A stretch of DNA of 64,000 nt from Phoronis australis (taxonomy: Eukaryota; Animalia; Phoronida), in contig NMRA01000072.1 of NCBI GenBank assembly GCA_002633005.1, positions 1,072,656 through 1,136,655 of the forward strand, given 5' to 3'. Numbering within the stretch: position 1 is the first letter of the stretch; the number at the start of each line of letters is the position of its first letter. This document shows positions 13,964 through 27,300 of the stretch, piece by piece. The notes under the pieces were generated by a model. It searched no databases. It saw only the letters and a list, made by a program, of their open reading frames with translations, and was not told where the DNA came from. Position numbers and translations under genes: made by a program.

Positions 13964-15230
13964 GTGTTTTTGTGAGACAAGACAGGCCAACAGCTGCAGT
14001 AACTAATCAAAAGCTTTCACTACAAGTAACGCACGTCTCATAGCACATTTAAGAACACGACAACTATTCAGTGCTTTATAAAAATCTTCACACAATAGTC
14101 GAGATAATTATTTCCTTTAAAATATCCAAGGAGCAATATGCAACAGCAGTTTCTTCTGAACTGATATGCTATACACTAATAAATAATGACACGTCAACAC
14201 TCAAACATGACTGAAAGACGCATGTCAATGTCCTTTTAAAGGATTTCACAGCTAAATTTCACAAAACAATTTGCTCCACTGAGCAGATGGTGGCAAGGAC
14301 GGAACAATGTTAAGTGGCAAAGCCTGTAATACTAAAACAGGTGTAACAATTTTGGACGGAAGACTCGAAGCCACAAGTCTTGGAATGTTGTTTCACTCCG
14401 TTCAAGAACTATTAGTAACGCCCATTACTTCCTGGGATATCCCAACAACATACATAGTTTGCCTATGTTTTAGAACTTACTCTCAGTGGCACTGCGTACA
14501 TATTTTGCAATATTGCCTAGCTGATAAGGCTAACTAGCCATTCATAAGAATCATTCGAATGACGCAAACTGACACTTGACTATAGAGCCAACTGTGACGT
14601 TGTGCACAGAAATGACTGAAGCTTGCAACATAAGCTACTATGCAGCAAGTAAAAGCTATAAATGGGGATGCAGTGCAGGTGTTCTATATCAAATCTGAAA
14701 GAATTCTCTTTTACCCAATATCAGGGTCAACTTGGAGTCCTCTGAAATCTGTGATTTTCAGAAGGAACTCTTGTTGCATGTACTTTGTTGGAGTAAATGA
14801 CAAACAAATGTACTGATTACAAGCAAGAAAGATTACATTCCCATCAGATCATACTTTCTCACAAAATGGTTGCACAAGATCCCTATTTCACTCCCTCCAC
14901 CTCTCCGACATTACTGGTGGGCCATGGTTCCTCCAGGATCCCCCTCTTCAGTATACTATTCTGCACTACTCTCACCCTGTCACCATGGGTAACCTATCAC
15001 TCAGCTCCAGGAGTCTTCTGCAGTGCAGACAAGCTAGAAATCTGCAGTTGAACCACTCTAAATGTTCCTCCATTAACCCCAAGCCAGACTCGTCTTATTG
15101 TATAGTTCTCAGTGTCTCTCCCAGTAACCCTGACTAACTGAGAGGTCTTCCACTGTACAACCCTAAGTGTATCCTGTAACCACGACAAGCCAGACACCTG
15201 TAGCACTCTCTGTGACCCCAGTAACCCTGA

Positions 15231-15331
15231 CTAGCCAGACATTTCCTGTTGCACGGCTCTCAGTGCCGCGATACATTCGACTGTCACGTTCAGGGTGCCA
15301 ATCACTGTACTCTCATCATCCACATCCACAA
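15231..15331 (-). CDS. RPGRIP1L: RPGRIP1L last coding exon
   Basis: [36 protein letters not shown] stop. Confidence 0.9.
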
Positions 15332-18300
15332 CTGAAAAACATAGATTATAATATCAAATAAGTGCTCTGCAACAAATCATGTAAAAACACCAAGTTCAGA
15401 TGCTTCCAAAGATGTGCAAAACCATGAGACAACCAGTTTCCAGGAAATGTAATAAAATAACCAGTCCCCAGTCTGTTATTTGTAATTTATCTTAATTTTG
15501 TCTTAAGATCGAAAAATTGATGGATGGAAATTTTGGTATAAGTAGACATATTGGAAAGAATCATATTCTGAACACAATGCCCACTTTATGTCTTTTGTCA
15601 AAAGTTTGCTAATTTTCCCGTATAGTTCATCTGACAATTTGTCCAAAACATAATTGTAGACGGTCTGGTACACACTGTACCAGACATGTCTGGTACACAC
15701 TGTACCAGACATGTCTGGTACACAGTGTACCAGACATACCAGACATGTCTGGTACACAGTGTACCAGACATGTACAAGTTGCACAGGTGGCTCCATTCCA
15801 TTGATCAACTGTAACCATTTCAATGGTTTATCAATATATAGTTAAACCAAGCTCAGGAGCAAGAGACCTGACTTTAGGCTCTAACAGTGTGCCCCAGTGT
15901 GCCCCATGACTCTGAGTAAAGGAAGTGGACACTTTTCCCACTAGACCACACTGCCTCCTCAAATTCTCCAACTCAACCCTTTGTCATATAGTCAAATAAA
16001 TACAGTGCTCCTCTTGTATCAGTTTACAACAAAAAAGGCCTATAACCAACACACTATACAAGGGAGTCCATTCTAAAACTGACCAATTTTAAAACGTGTG
16101 ACATGCTTTGAGTAAACCTTCAAATTTCATATGGTGTGATTTGTCAATTTCTAGTCAAGTCTTGAGTGACATTAGCTAGGAGTGATTTAAAGCCACCAAA
16201 ATAGTTCAACTCACTTTACATAGATCCTGCTTCTTAGGAATTCATAAGATGTTATGAGAAAATTCAGTGACCAAGCCTCTGTATTTCTCACCACCCCCTT
16301 CACCACTATCACCCACTACTTCCACTCCTGTCACCCCTACCACTATCATCAACCCCATCATTGCAACCACCACCTCCACTTACTACCATCACTCTCAGCA
16401 TCACCCTCACCCCCAGCCAACAACACCACTACAACCACCCTCGCCACCCCCAACAACTAACACCACTACCACGAACACCCCTCACCCCTACCACTGCCAC
16501 CACCATCACCCACACCACCGCAGTGGCCCCCACGACTACTGCCACCACCATCACCCACACCAAAGCAGTGGCCCCCACGACTACTGCCACCAGCACCACC
16601 CACTTACTATCTACATCCTGGTCCATCAAGTCATGCCCAGTCTTGAGTATGTCACGTAAACTAACAAAGGCCAGTCCCACATCACAGCACTCTTCATCAT
16701 CACTGTCTTCACTGGGCTCACTCACTATGGTGAAGCAGATCCTACAACACACAACATAACACTAAATACAGTGAGAAGCTACTGAACAGACAAGCAGCTC
16801 AGTTCTCTGAGTAACCTCCAGCAACTTAGACAGTCAGACCTTACAAAAACTGACCCCCTGCAGCTGTTTTGCTTCATGCCTGATCATGTGACTACAACCC
16901 CCAAGTGGTCATTCTCAAAGTTTGCTAAATGAGAAAGCATCAGCTATCATTCAAAAAGCATTAAATCTGCTGCAGACTTCTGTAACTGACAAGATCATCT
17001 TGAGGTCCCATGCAAAAACACTTCGAATCAGAATGATCATTTCATATTTCTGTAGATAACCTAAGTTTACGAGTTAGAACACCAGTGAACAAACTTCTTG
17101 CCAATAAATTCTATGCCACTGGACTATGATGAATTCACACAAGATGTTTACTTAGGTCAAAGTTCAAGCATGTAGCACCTCTTTGTTGACATACACACGA
17201 TCTTGAATACCTACCTGCCATCATCAGGGTCGTCAGGTAACAACATGCTCGCCAGGTACTGCCTGTGTTCGTAGTTATTCTCCATGTCCACATGGAACAC
17301 TACAATAACACGTGTCATAAACAGAATGTAGTTCAGAACTCAAGCAAAGAATCATTTACCCAATAAAAGCAAGTTCGTCTTCTATTGAGCCGTCAACTCT
17401 TTTATTTTTCATTTTGTGGGCAACATTTGACAAAGAAGTACAACATAAGATGTGACCATTACCAGCCAGACCATCAATTTCAAGAGGCAAGAAACTCAGT
17501 TCAGATTCACCAAATGCGTTTCACACATCATCACATAACTGCGTTTTTATAACTCATGCGTCTACATAAGCAAAAGAATGCATTTTTTCAAAAAAAACTT
17601 TTGTACCCCATCATTTTTCTCATGTTCAGCATAAAAGGTGCTCACTTATAGCTACACGAGTCTCAATTCGAAAAACATGCATTATTTTGGTTATGTAGAT
17701 GCATAATACGTAGGTAAATCAACCTTATGGAGAGCAACATCCGCCTTTTTGGAAGTAAATGCCACAAACAGTTCATGATGGTAAGAGACAGTTTACCGAG
17801 ATGAGCATGCTTTTGAAAATATCAGTAATTATGGATGACCTTTGAGCGAACATTGCTCGTACCTTTCCTGAAGTTGAAAGCGATCTGCGACAGTGGCTTA
17901 GGTTTAGGCAGTGAGAACGGTGTCTCAAGCTCTTCCGCCGGGTAACCAAGGAAACGGTACTCCACAAACAGCTTCTGGATGGCCGGGTTCTGGATGGCCT
18001 CACAGTGGTCCTCCAGACTTAGGTGAGAAATGATGATGACCACCGTGTCTGACACCTGGTGGTGACAGCAAGAGTTAGCATGTAATGAAAACACACACGC
18101 ATGCATGCACACACACACGCATTATAACATATACATTCAATAAGGGGTATTGAAAGGAAGCAGTTCTTATTACTTATTTGCACAAAAATGCCATAAATGT
18201 AATTTTCAAAGGCTGACTACCTTGCCTCCAATATCTAATTTTTGTTTAAGAAAGAACAAATTAAGTTAACAGTATACGATAAAGAATTTTACTTTTGTAG

Positions 18301-21300
18301 AAAAAATTGACAACATAAAACTGTGCACTAGGTAAAAAATTACAGTCACAGTAATATTCAAGCCATGAAAAAAATGCTGTTGAATTCAGACATTTTCCCA
18401 CAAAATATGTAATGTGACTTACATTACTACTAAAAGTACAAGTGACTCTTTTCCATTAATGACAGGAACAATAACAACACAAACGTTCTTCAAGCTGATT
18501 TCCTTCAAGAAATTTAAACTGATTTGAAACATATTCAATAGTGATGACATAAAAGCACTTCTCATTCCTATGAATCCAGTAAAGGCAATACTTTGCCTAT
18601 TGGACAACTCTACTAACCATGGCAGCTGATGAGAGCCCCCGGGTGGGTGAGGCGACGACCAGCCCCTCAGAATCAGAGTCCTCATCCGGCTCCTCAGTTT
18701 TCTGGGTGGAGTCGGGTATCGTAACATCATCATCGCTATCTGCATTAAGCCAAGGCAATGTTAGTGGTTTGTGCTATTGTTTGTAACACCTTAATGACAA
18801 GTCTGTGTGTTTAGCCAAATATCTACTAAACTATAGAATTAACCAAGGCATGTAAAAGAATTTTCTGGAAGCAAAAAAACCCATAAAATTAGATTTTTGA
18901 CTTTTTACCAATTTGCAATCAATTGGGTCACGTGATCATGTCTTTTTATCAAAGTAACAAAAAAGATAAGATAAATTGATAGAAAAATAACAGTTTTAAT
19001 AAGAAGACCAAATTTTGATATAAATGTTCATGGTGAAATCACAGCTGTTACAGATCATCATTTCTTATTATAACGTTCAAGTATTTTCATGAAAATCATA
19101 AAAGACCCATTTCTTAATAGCCCTTCATGTAAACGTGGAAGATCGTGAAAACAATTCCCAGCAACAGTTTGAAGAACAGTGCGTGAACCAAAATATCTCA
19201 AAGTTTCATATGAATCTGATTAGCCATTTCTTAGATATGGCGTTCCAAAGTCAGCCAAATTTGGAATATTTATAGGGTCCTACATAAACCTAACTTAAGA
19301 CTAAGACGCCTCGACAAAGAATTTGCACTAAACAACACAGTGCAGACATTCTCAAGAACTTAGTTGCTCCAAAACAGCCAACTGTTTTATGGAGACTAAT
19401 AACAAATTTGGACAACAAAACACCAACAGTACCTGTTGAAATTTCAAGCCTTGCGATAAAAGTGCGTTAATTACCACGCAATGGGTAGATTTTCACAAAT
19501 TTTCAACAATGCAGATTACACACTTGAATGTTTCAGAGAAGAATTTCAAAAAGCTTGTACTAATCATCCTTTATGTAGCAAGATTAATAACCAGTCAAAA
19601 CTAAACCACGCTGAATTCTGAAACTGGCAACAACAATTTCCTACATTGTCATGCCTAGGCTGATGTCCATTGAATACATGTAAACAGCTGTTGCGCGCTA
19701 TGGCAAAAAACCAACAAAAAGAAACAAATCAACAAGAACCTGGGTTGGCACACCTTTCACTCAAAAGAATATAATAAAACAGTAACAGTGGCAACATGGC
19801 GGTGACCGATTTATGGATAGTGAAAATCGATGCATGCGCATCTCAGAGCACAGATTTTGAGATACAGTTTGTCTAATGCAGAATGTGTCACACAGGCGAT
19901 GGTATGATCGGTAAGCTGGCAGTTGATTTTGAATGGATACAGCCTGTTTATTCGTATGCATGACAAACTGAAGTTTTGCCTGATTAAGTACAACTAATAC
20001 CAAGTGATCTTTACAGATGATATATCTACGTCTACTGACGGTGCTACTAAGGATGAACACTATCCCACAATCCTTTGTATATAAGACGTCTCTTGCTATC
20101 CGTAAAAAGGTCAACGTCAATTCTTACAGTGAACTTGAACAGCTCTTGTCTCACTGACTACTGGCTTGTGAAGGACAACTGTCAGTGAAAGGATAATCAG
20201 CCAATAGAAAAAGATGATTTTTGACCCGATTCATTCACGTGCCTCCACCCACCTACTCACAGATAATCAGGACAAAATGATATGGTTACATAAGGCTCAG
20301 GCTTCCAAATTTGAATGTTTTCACAACAATGGCGCTGTTGACTAGCAACGGGTGAACAGCTCACAGTACAGTTCTGTTAAATGTCATTCTATACACTCCA
20401 AATCGCATTAACAAAAATGATTCTTCTATATCCCACGAGCTTTATCTGCTTTCTGCCAAGACCAAACCCTACATATTAGTTCACATTGCACATTTTCAAG
20501 TCCTCAGGGTACCGCAGGCACATTGATTTGTCCATCAAAACTTTTGGTCCAAAAGATTTTTTTAATGATAATATTAACATGTCTGAAGGAAATGGAAAAT
20601 TATAACCGACACTGCCAGACAACAACCTTTCACTATGGAACCGTAGAAATGTTTTAAATTAATAATTTATGAGAACAGACATGAGTTTGGACAACATTTC
20701 CCAAACAAGATTTCAAGACATTACCTTCTTCTTCTTCTTCTTCATCTTCCACTTCTTCACCAAAGGTGGTGTCCTCTAGAGGCTAGGCAAGCAAACAAAG
20801 ACAAGATGTGACTATTGTCTTGTGTGTAAAATGACATACCCCAAATGTTTTTAATCACATTTAAACATAGGATTCAGAATTATTAATTCCTTATAAAGGT
20901 CAGAGTATCAACTACATATGACTGAAATGTCATTTGGTGAAAGTAGATTCAATAGCTAAGCCTTTATAGCTGAACTAAAAATGTATTTGCACACACCTAA
21001 CTATGCTAATGTATACACAACAATGCTATTTGATCATCATCTATGTGTGCAGTTGTATTCATTGACAACTTGTAAATGTGACCCACCACCACAAAATGAG
21101 TCTTAAGTCGGGATTTGATATTTTTTAATTGTTATATTTTCTGAAAATACAGTGTTTTCTGATCATTTTGAGGTATGAAACATGTCCCTATCTTCACAAA
21201 TGACCTAGTTATTGCCAATTCTAGTCGGGGAAAGCGAAAATTTAGAGCTTTCAAAAGTCAAGGAAAATGGCCGATAGAGAGTGCCGATAGTGTCTTTAAA

Positions 21301-24300
21301 ATTTCAATAGCAACCTGCAGTTGAATGCTACATTTCAGACTTATTAGTATACACAACAACATAAACAAATAAAACTAATCAAAAATTAGAAAGAATATAG
21401 ACCTTATTATGTAATCTCAGCCAAAAAGGAGTGATGTTCATGTTGGGTTGCTGCAACTGGGTCAATAAATTTCCCACCTAAAGCAGAGAGCGTCTTTGCC
21501 TAAAGTATACAGGGTCAGTCCACTTGTAGCAGGAGGGGTTACCGCAAGTAAAACAAGTAGTTAACTGTATTTTGTAGAAGTTTAATACAATGAAGTCCTG
21601 TAGATTACAAAATACACATTTCTGGTTGATTTTTGTTCAAAATAATTCAAAATTTTACGCTAGTGTGAATAATTTTGAAAAAAATGACAATCACTCATCC
21701 CTATCCAAGTCCACTGACACTGACTGAAGAGCAACCATTTCTTCAACTTCTCACCGAGTGATTCAGCCCTATCGAAGATTGTTCTCTCTTGCAGTAATAT
21801 TCAGCTGCTTGCACCCCGATCCACTGGCTTTGCAGATACAAGACATTGTTGTGCGATTAAGCTAATCCGGACTGTTTTCTTCAAGTTCTGTTTGTTCCAA
21901 TCCAACGACTTGGAATCCAACGTAACCGTATTCGCGATGGGTCAATCATGAAACTCATCTGGCGACGAGTTGCTGTCGTCAGACGACTCGTCGCTGTCAC
22001 GAAATTCCTCCTTGTCTCAATCAACAAATGTGCTCTTTGATGAGTTCAGTTAATTCTCGCTGATCTTGATACGGCAGTCAGAGGCAAGAGTTAATCACTG
22101 AGATATCAGCTACACGGCGACCAGCCATCTTACTGTCTTGAAAACATGCCGTGACCTCGCGACCCCACAGTTTCACACCCACTTAACTAGTTCTAGCGAA
22201 TGAGGTCAGCGATGCATTGGGTTAAAAGGTCGTTGCTAGCTAAAAGACTGGTGAGTGACACTTCTGTTGAAAATACCCCGAATGCAAAAAGTGAAATAAC
22301 GACTGATGATTGGACGAAAAACTCAAAGAGCTTACTACATGCATAATGAGCAGAGTTTGACCTTTCTGTTGATGTGTTTACGAGCGAATTGGGTCATCGG
22401 AAGACTGAGCAATGAGGACACGAAAACCGGCAAATTTCGATGAAAATTTCACGAGATATGCAGTCGTGGAGAAGGTGATGTTTTTCAAAATGAAATAAAT
22501 AAGATTTAAAATGAAGTTTGCTTGTTTTAAAGTATTGTTTTGTGAAGTAGAATGAATAAATAATCATAATCTGCAATAAAAAAATTTGACCTAATTTTAA
22601 CCGATAGCGACTGTTTGCAGTCTGGTCGGGAAATAGAGTTTCCGACTTAAGACTCATTTTGTGATGGTGGGTCACAAATGTGAAAATAAACAATTCTGCC
22701 AATAGGTGACCTTTGCACTAACGACATACCTTGGGGGCTCACGTAACCCGCATCATGCAGTGTTATTCCCCAACACATCACAATACTCACAATACTACTG
22801 GACACGGGTGAGTCATTTACGGTGGACCATTTTGACACATAACTCGTTCTCAAAAACATTTGGCAATTTGCAATCTACTTCGTATTCACATCGTCGCTAC
22901 ATGTTGTGTTTCTAACTAATTTGACCAAGCAATCATGGAGATAAGGAATTAACATGCAACTTCCACTTGAAAGTAATAAGGAACAGCACAGGAAAGTCGG
23001 CTGCTACTACCTTTGCTGTAGCACCAGCTGTCATGGCAGCTCGAGCCATCTCCGAGGCAACCAGGTCAGCTTCATCTTCGGACTCTTCATCACCAACATC
23101 ATCTGAAGGAAGATTCACAATAAATATTATGAACTTCAGTGTACACATGATGGCTCGACTCACAGAAAGAAGATGAATCACATGAGGCACCACCTTAAAA
23201 AGAATTGGCCAATGGAACATTTGTTCACTGCCAGCTGCTGAATTTCATTAACCAACAACTGGATAGTTCATGTATTACCTCGTCCCTGAAGAAGGAGTAT
23301 GAGGAAAGATGACGGATGAGGACAAGAGGAGGGTTGCTATCTATGTACAAATTGTGTGAAAGAAATAAAAAAATTGCATTTAAAGCAGTATGAAGGTTTC
23401 TTTAAGTGTAGATTATAACCACATCATATTATGCAACTGCCAGGTCATTTTAGAGCAACATTTGCAAAGTTGTCACAGTCTTCTGGAACATCAAAACATT
23501 AATTTAAGAAACGGTAATGTGTGCATAATGGCACAAGTGATGACAAGTGACAACCAGAGGGAAAGAGAGGGGTGAAAAGAGTTAAAACTTTGGAGGAAAG
23601 GTGAAATCTCACAAATTGTGGCACACAATATGGCAGACACCTGACATTTTTTCCATAAAAGCTCTGAAACCATAGCTACCAACAGACAAAAATTGTAGAA
23701 ATTCACAATGTTAGCTCTCCAAAAAGGAAAAATTAGCATTTTTGTCCGACATTGGTGAAAACAGTCACATAAAAAACATCTGATGAGTCTGTGTAACAAT
23801 GTGTACTGCACACAGAGTACATTTAAAATTTACAACTTACCGGCCACAATTTCATTAGCATTTTTACTCCGGTTTCCTGTCTTCCCTTTGCTTTTCTTTC
23901 CTGAAAAATACAGCAAGAGACGTTCTCCTATGAGATACCTTAGAACCAGAGTACAATTTACATTGAGACTGTGCCCTTAGAAACAAAAGACAGGAAAGAC
24001 AGGGAGAGAGAGACTAACCAGACAAAACTTTTACCAGCATGGCTATAAAAATCACACGAATCATGAGAAAGTATACAAGTATCCAAAAAACAACCCTTCA
24101 CATCATCAAATGTCCGTCAGACAAGAGACTACAAAGTGATAACTTTACGGTTTGAAAGGGCGTTAAATTTGATGACAATTTCAGACACCAAATGTTACCT
24201 CAAAATTTTTATTACGAAGTGGCAGGTGTTAGTTCCCACCTTGCAGGTAAACATTAGCACCTGCGAACAATACTCAGGTTTTTTAATTAGCCTCACCTGC

Positions 24301-27300
24301 ACAAAAAATGGCTGAATATCAACTGAATTACTGGAGTTTTGTTTGTAAAAATCAAGTGACACTGCAACCTTACATCAAGGTTGTCAACTAGAAGACGATG
24401 AACATGCAAAGTCAACATGCATTTGTGCATTACAAAACAAATTAACTATCTTGCAACTAGCTTACATTCACTTAATTCAAAGCATTAGCAATAAACCTCT
24501 CCATATAATTTCACCTTATGCTATATTTAATGTTTATCAACCAACTTAGGCCATCATATGTAAGGCAAGTGAACATTGAGTTTCTCAGTTTCACAATTTG
24601 TAACACGGCAATGATGATTTACAAGTTGTGTACCATAGCTAGCATAAAAAAGCCGGAGACAATAAAAACGATGTCGAATTACAAGGCCAAAATCTAGCAC
24701 AGCTCAGATTATGGACATTCGCAATCATGGGCCGAATTTAAGCAACTGACGTTTTCCAAAGCTGGTTAGATTTTACATAAACATATAATCAGATCTTATT
24801 AGTACACATTTCTTTAGACTTGTTAGAATTGTGCTGACTAGTAGATCAACATGCCTGCTAAGATCAACACATGCCATTGACATTTTAAGGTTTCTCATAT
24901 AATGGTAAAGGAAATGTGTGCAATGCATTCTGGGACATGCCGTTAACTTACTGCTCTAAACTTCCAGATGGCGTTACTTATGTTAACTAATGACGCACAA
25001 CATGAGAACAGACAGGGATGTAGCAGACCATTTAAAACCATTACGTAATTAATGTTTTCATAAGACATGCCTTGATTTGTACAGACACTTCATGTTGCAG
25101 ATGGTAACAAGTCTTTCAAAACACATTTATTTACTATTTGAAAAACCTGAAAATATTGGAAAATGATGTACAATGACAGCATGCAAGTTTTACTAGCTCT
25201 TACTTTCAAAGACGTGGAATTTCTGATATGTTACCCACACCAAACATGGAGTGCATTCAGGCTAGTATCTTGACACCCGGAAAGATCATGCAACGAGTCT
25301 GCCAAATCGTCACGTACAATTACAAATGGAGCGCGTGATCTCCTTCGCTTTCACACCCAAGTAACTAGCATCTCTGAATTCAAACACAGTCCCCGCTACA
25401 TGTACAACCTACACGCACACGTACCTACATGCGAACATACCCACATGTATATGTACGTACCTACATGTACTAACACATACACCTACATACGGACGTACCT
25501 ACATGTAAACCTAACTACATGTACACCTACCCACATGTACACCTTCATGTAGACCTACCTACATGTAAACCTAGCTACATGTACACCTACCTACAAGTAC
25601 ACTTACCAACATGCAACCAAAAACGCACTACACAAGACAAACAAACAAACAAGAAAACCACTCTAGTGTCCCGTCCACACACAGCCTACCCTAGAACAAC
25701 TTGCACTAGTGCAACGTACCCCACTTTTAAAGGGAGTGTCCACACGCACATATCCGATAATTAGGGTAAGGAGGAAACTGTCGCTATGTGTGTGTGTGTG
25801 TGTGTGTGCGTGCGTGCATGTGTGTGACAATGAACAGCTGATGCAAATACGATGTGTAAAAGAAGACCGGTCTCTATGAAACCATAGCTGATAATTACTT
25901 CACCTTGCCCCAGGTTTGCGGCCACACAGTGATTAGAGTATAGGAGATAAGTTGCATTTAGTTTAAATAGCATCCACACAACCCTAAAACCTATGACAAC
26001 TCGTTCCAGGAGTAATTTGTTCTAAGGGTAAGTCTGTGTACGGATGGCACTGAACACGTCAATCACATGATGCTATGCAAATAGCACAAAGCATGCACAA
26101 CCACTAATTAAAACAGTAAAGGATGCTGTCAATACAATACACGGCACTAAAGTACAGAGTGGACATTAGTTGATGGAGGTCTTAACATACAGCAGAACAT
26201 CTCACCGCCAAATATAGACTTTAATGAGAACTTTGACTTTTTCTTATTTGACTGCGGCAACTTGGACTCTTCAGCTAAGGCAAATGTAGCAAACATTGTC
26301 ACTGTGTGAATAACTGTGATTATTTAGCACACGTAGCTGTATCGCTACAAACTGCACAATTATTTTTTTTCAAATAACAAGTTTCGCTAGCCATCAATCT
26401 AAACTGAGAAAGAAAGTATAAACCAATGTCAACACAGAGTCCTGAAAAGTACTCCATTTAGTGAACATCTAGTCAATAATTACACCAACTCCTGTATATG
26501 CGCATATTTACATCTTATTATACACCACAATGCATTTTTCATATAAAGTTTTTTGCACAAAAGTCAAGTATCTCACACGTGTACCTCATTGTGGAAATAA
26601 GCGTGGCATCCCATACTGGCACTATGGCCTAAATATGCGCATATATGGTAATGCTTTCTGGCTTGTACAGATTAACACAAAACAACACCAAATATCACTT
26701 AGTGGTGTTAGAACACCAAACACACATCTATCAACAGTACAGAAGTAATAACTGTTATGTCAAGCTTGTCGTTGCCATCATGGTATTGTGCATAACAAAC
26801 ATGCCTCACACTAGTACCTTTCTCTACCACAGTTGCCTTCTTTTTTGAGCCAGTCTTTGATATCTTTTTCTCTTTCGTAATCTCTTCAACAGCTTTCTCA
26901 GACATTTTTGTGTCATCTTTTGTAGCCTTTCTCGGCTTCACGTCAGGTTTTACTGTCGTGACCCTTTTCTGGGGTTTTGGCGCTTCCAGACTGTTAGTCA
27001 GACTGCTCTCTAGCGGAGTGATCTCCCCTGTGAAGGGCTCACTCTCACTGATGTCTGAAGTCGGAGTATCATTTGAACCTGTAATGGCGCCACTGGAACG
27101 CTCATATCACCGGTCACAAGACTATCCTCTAATCATATGTAACTAACATCGACGTACACATGCACACCCACTACACCAGAGCCTATAAACCCGCCTCTTG
27201 TCAAAATAATAACTTTTCATTTACACAACTGGGACCTACTAGTATGAAGCAGGTCTCAAATTGTTACTAGTTGGGATTGCAAATTCTGGACTTGGCAAGA

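Noticed and set aside
15503-15823. Repetitive Cys/Val-rich ORFs
   Set aside because: Translations of the 25-bp palindromic repeat
16254-16759. His/Thr/Pro-rich mucin-like ORFs on + strand
   Set aside because: Translation of an intronic CAC low-complexity tract, antisense to an RPGRIP1L exon
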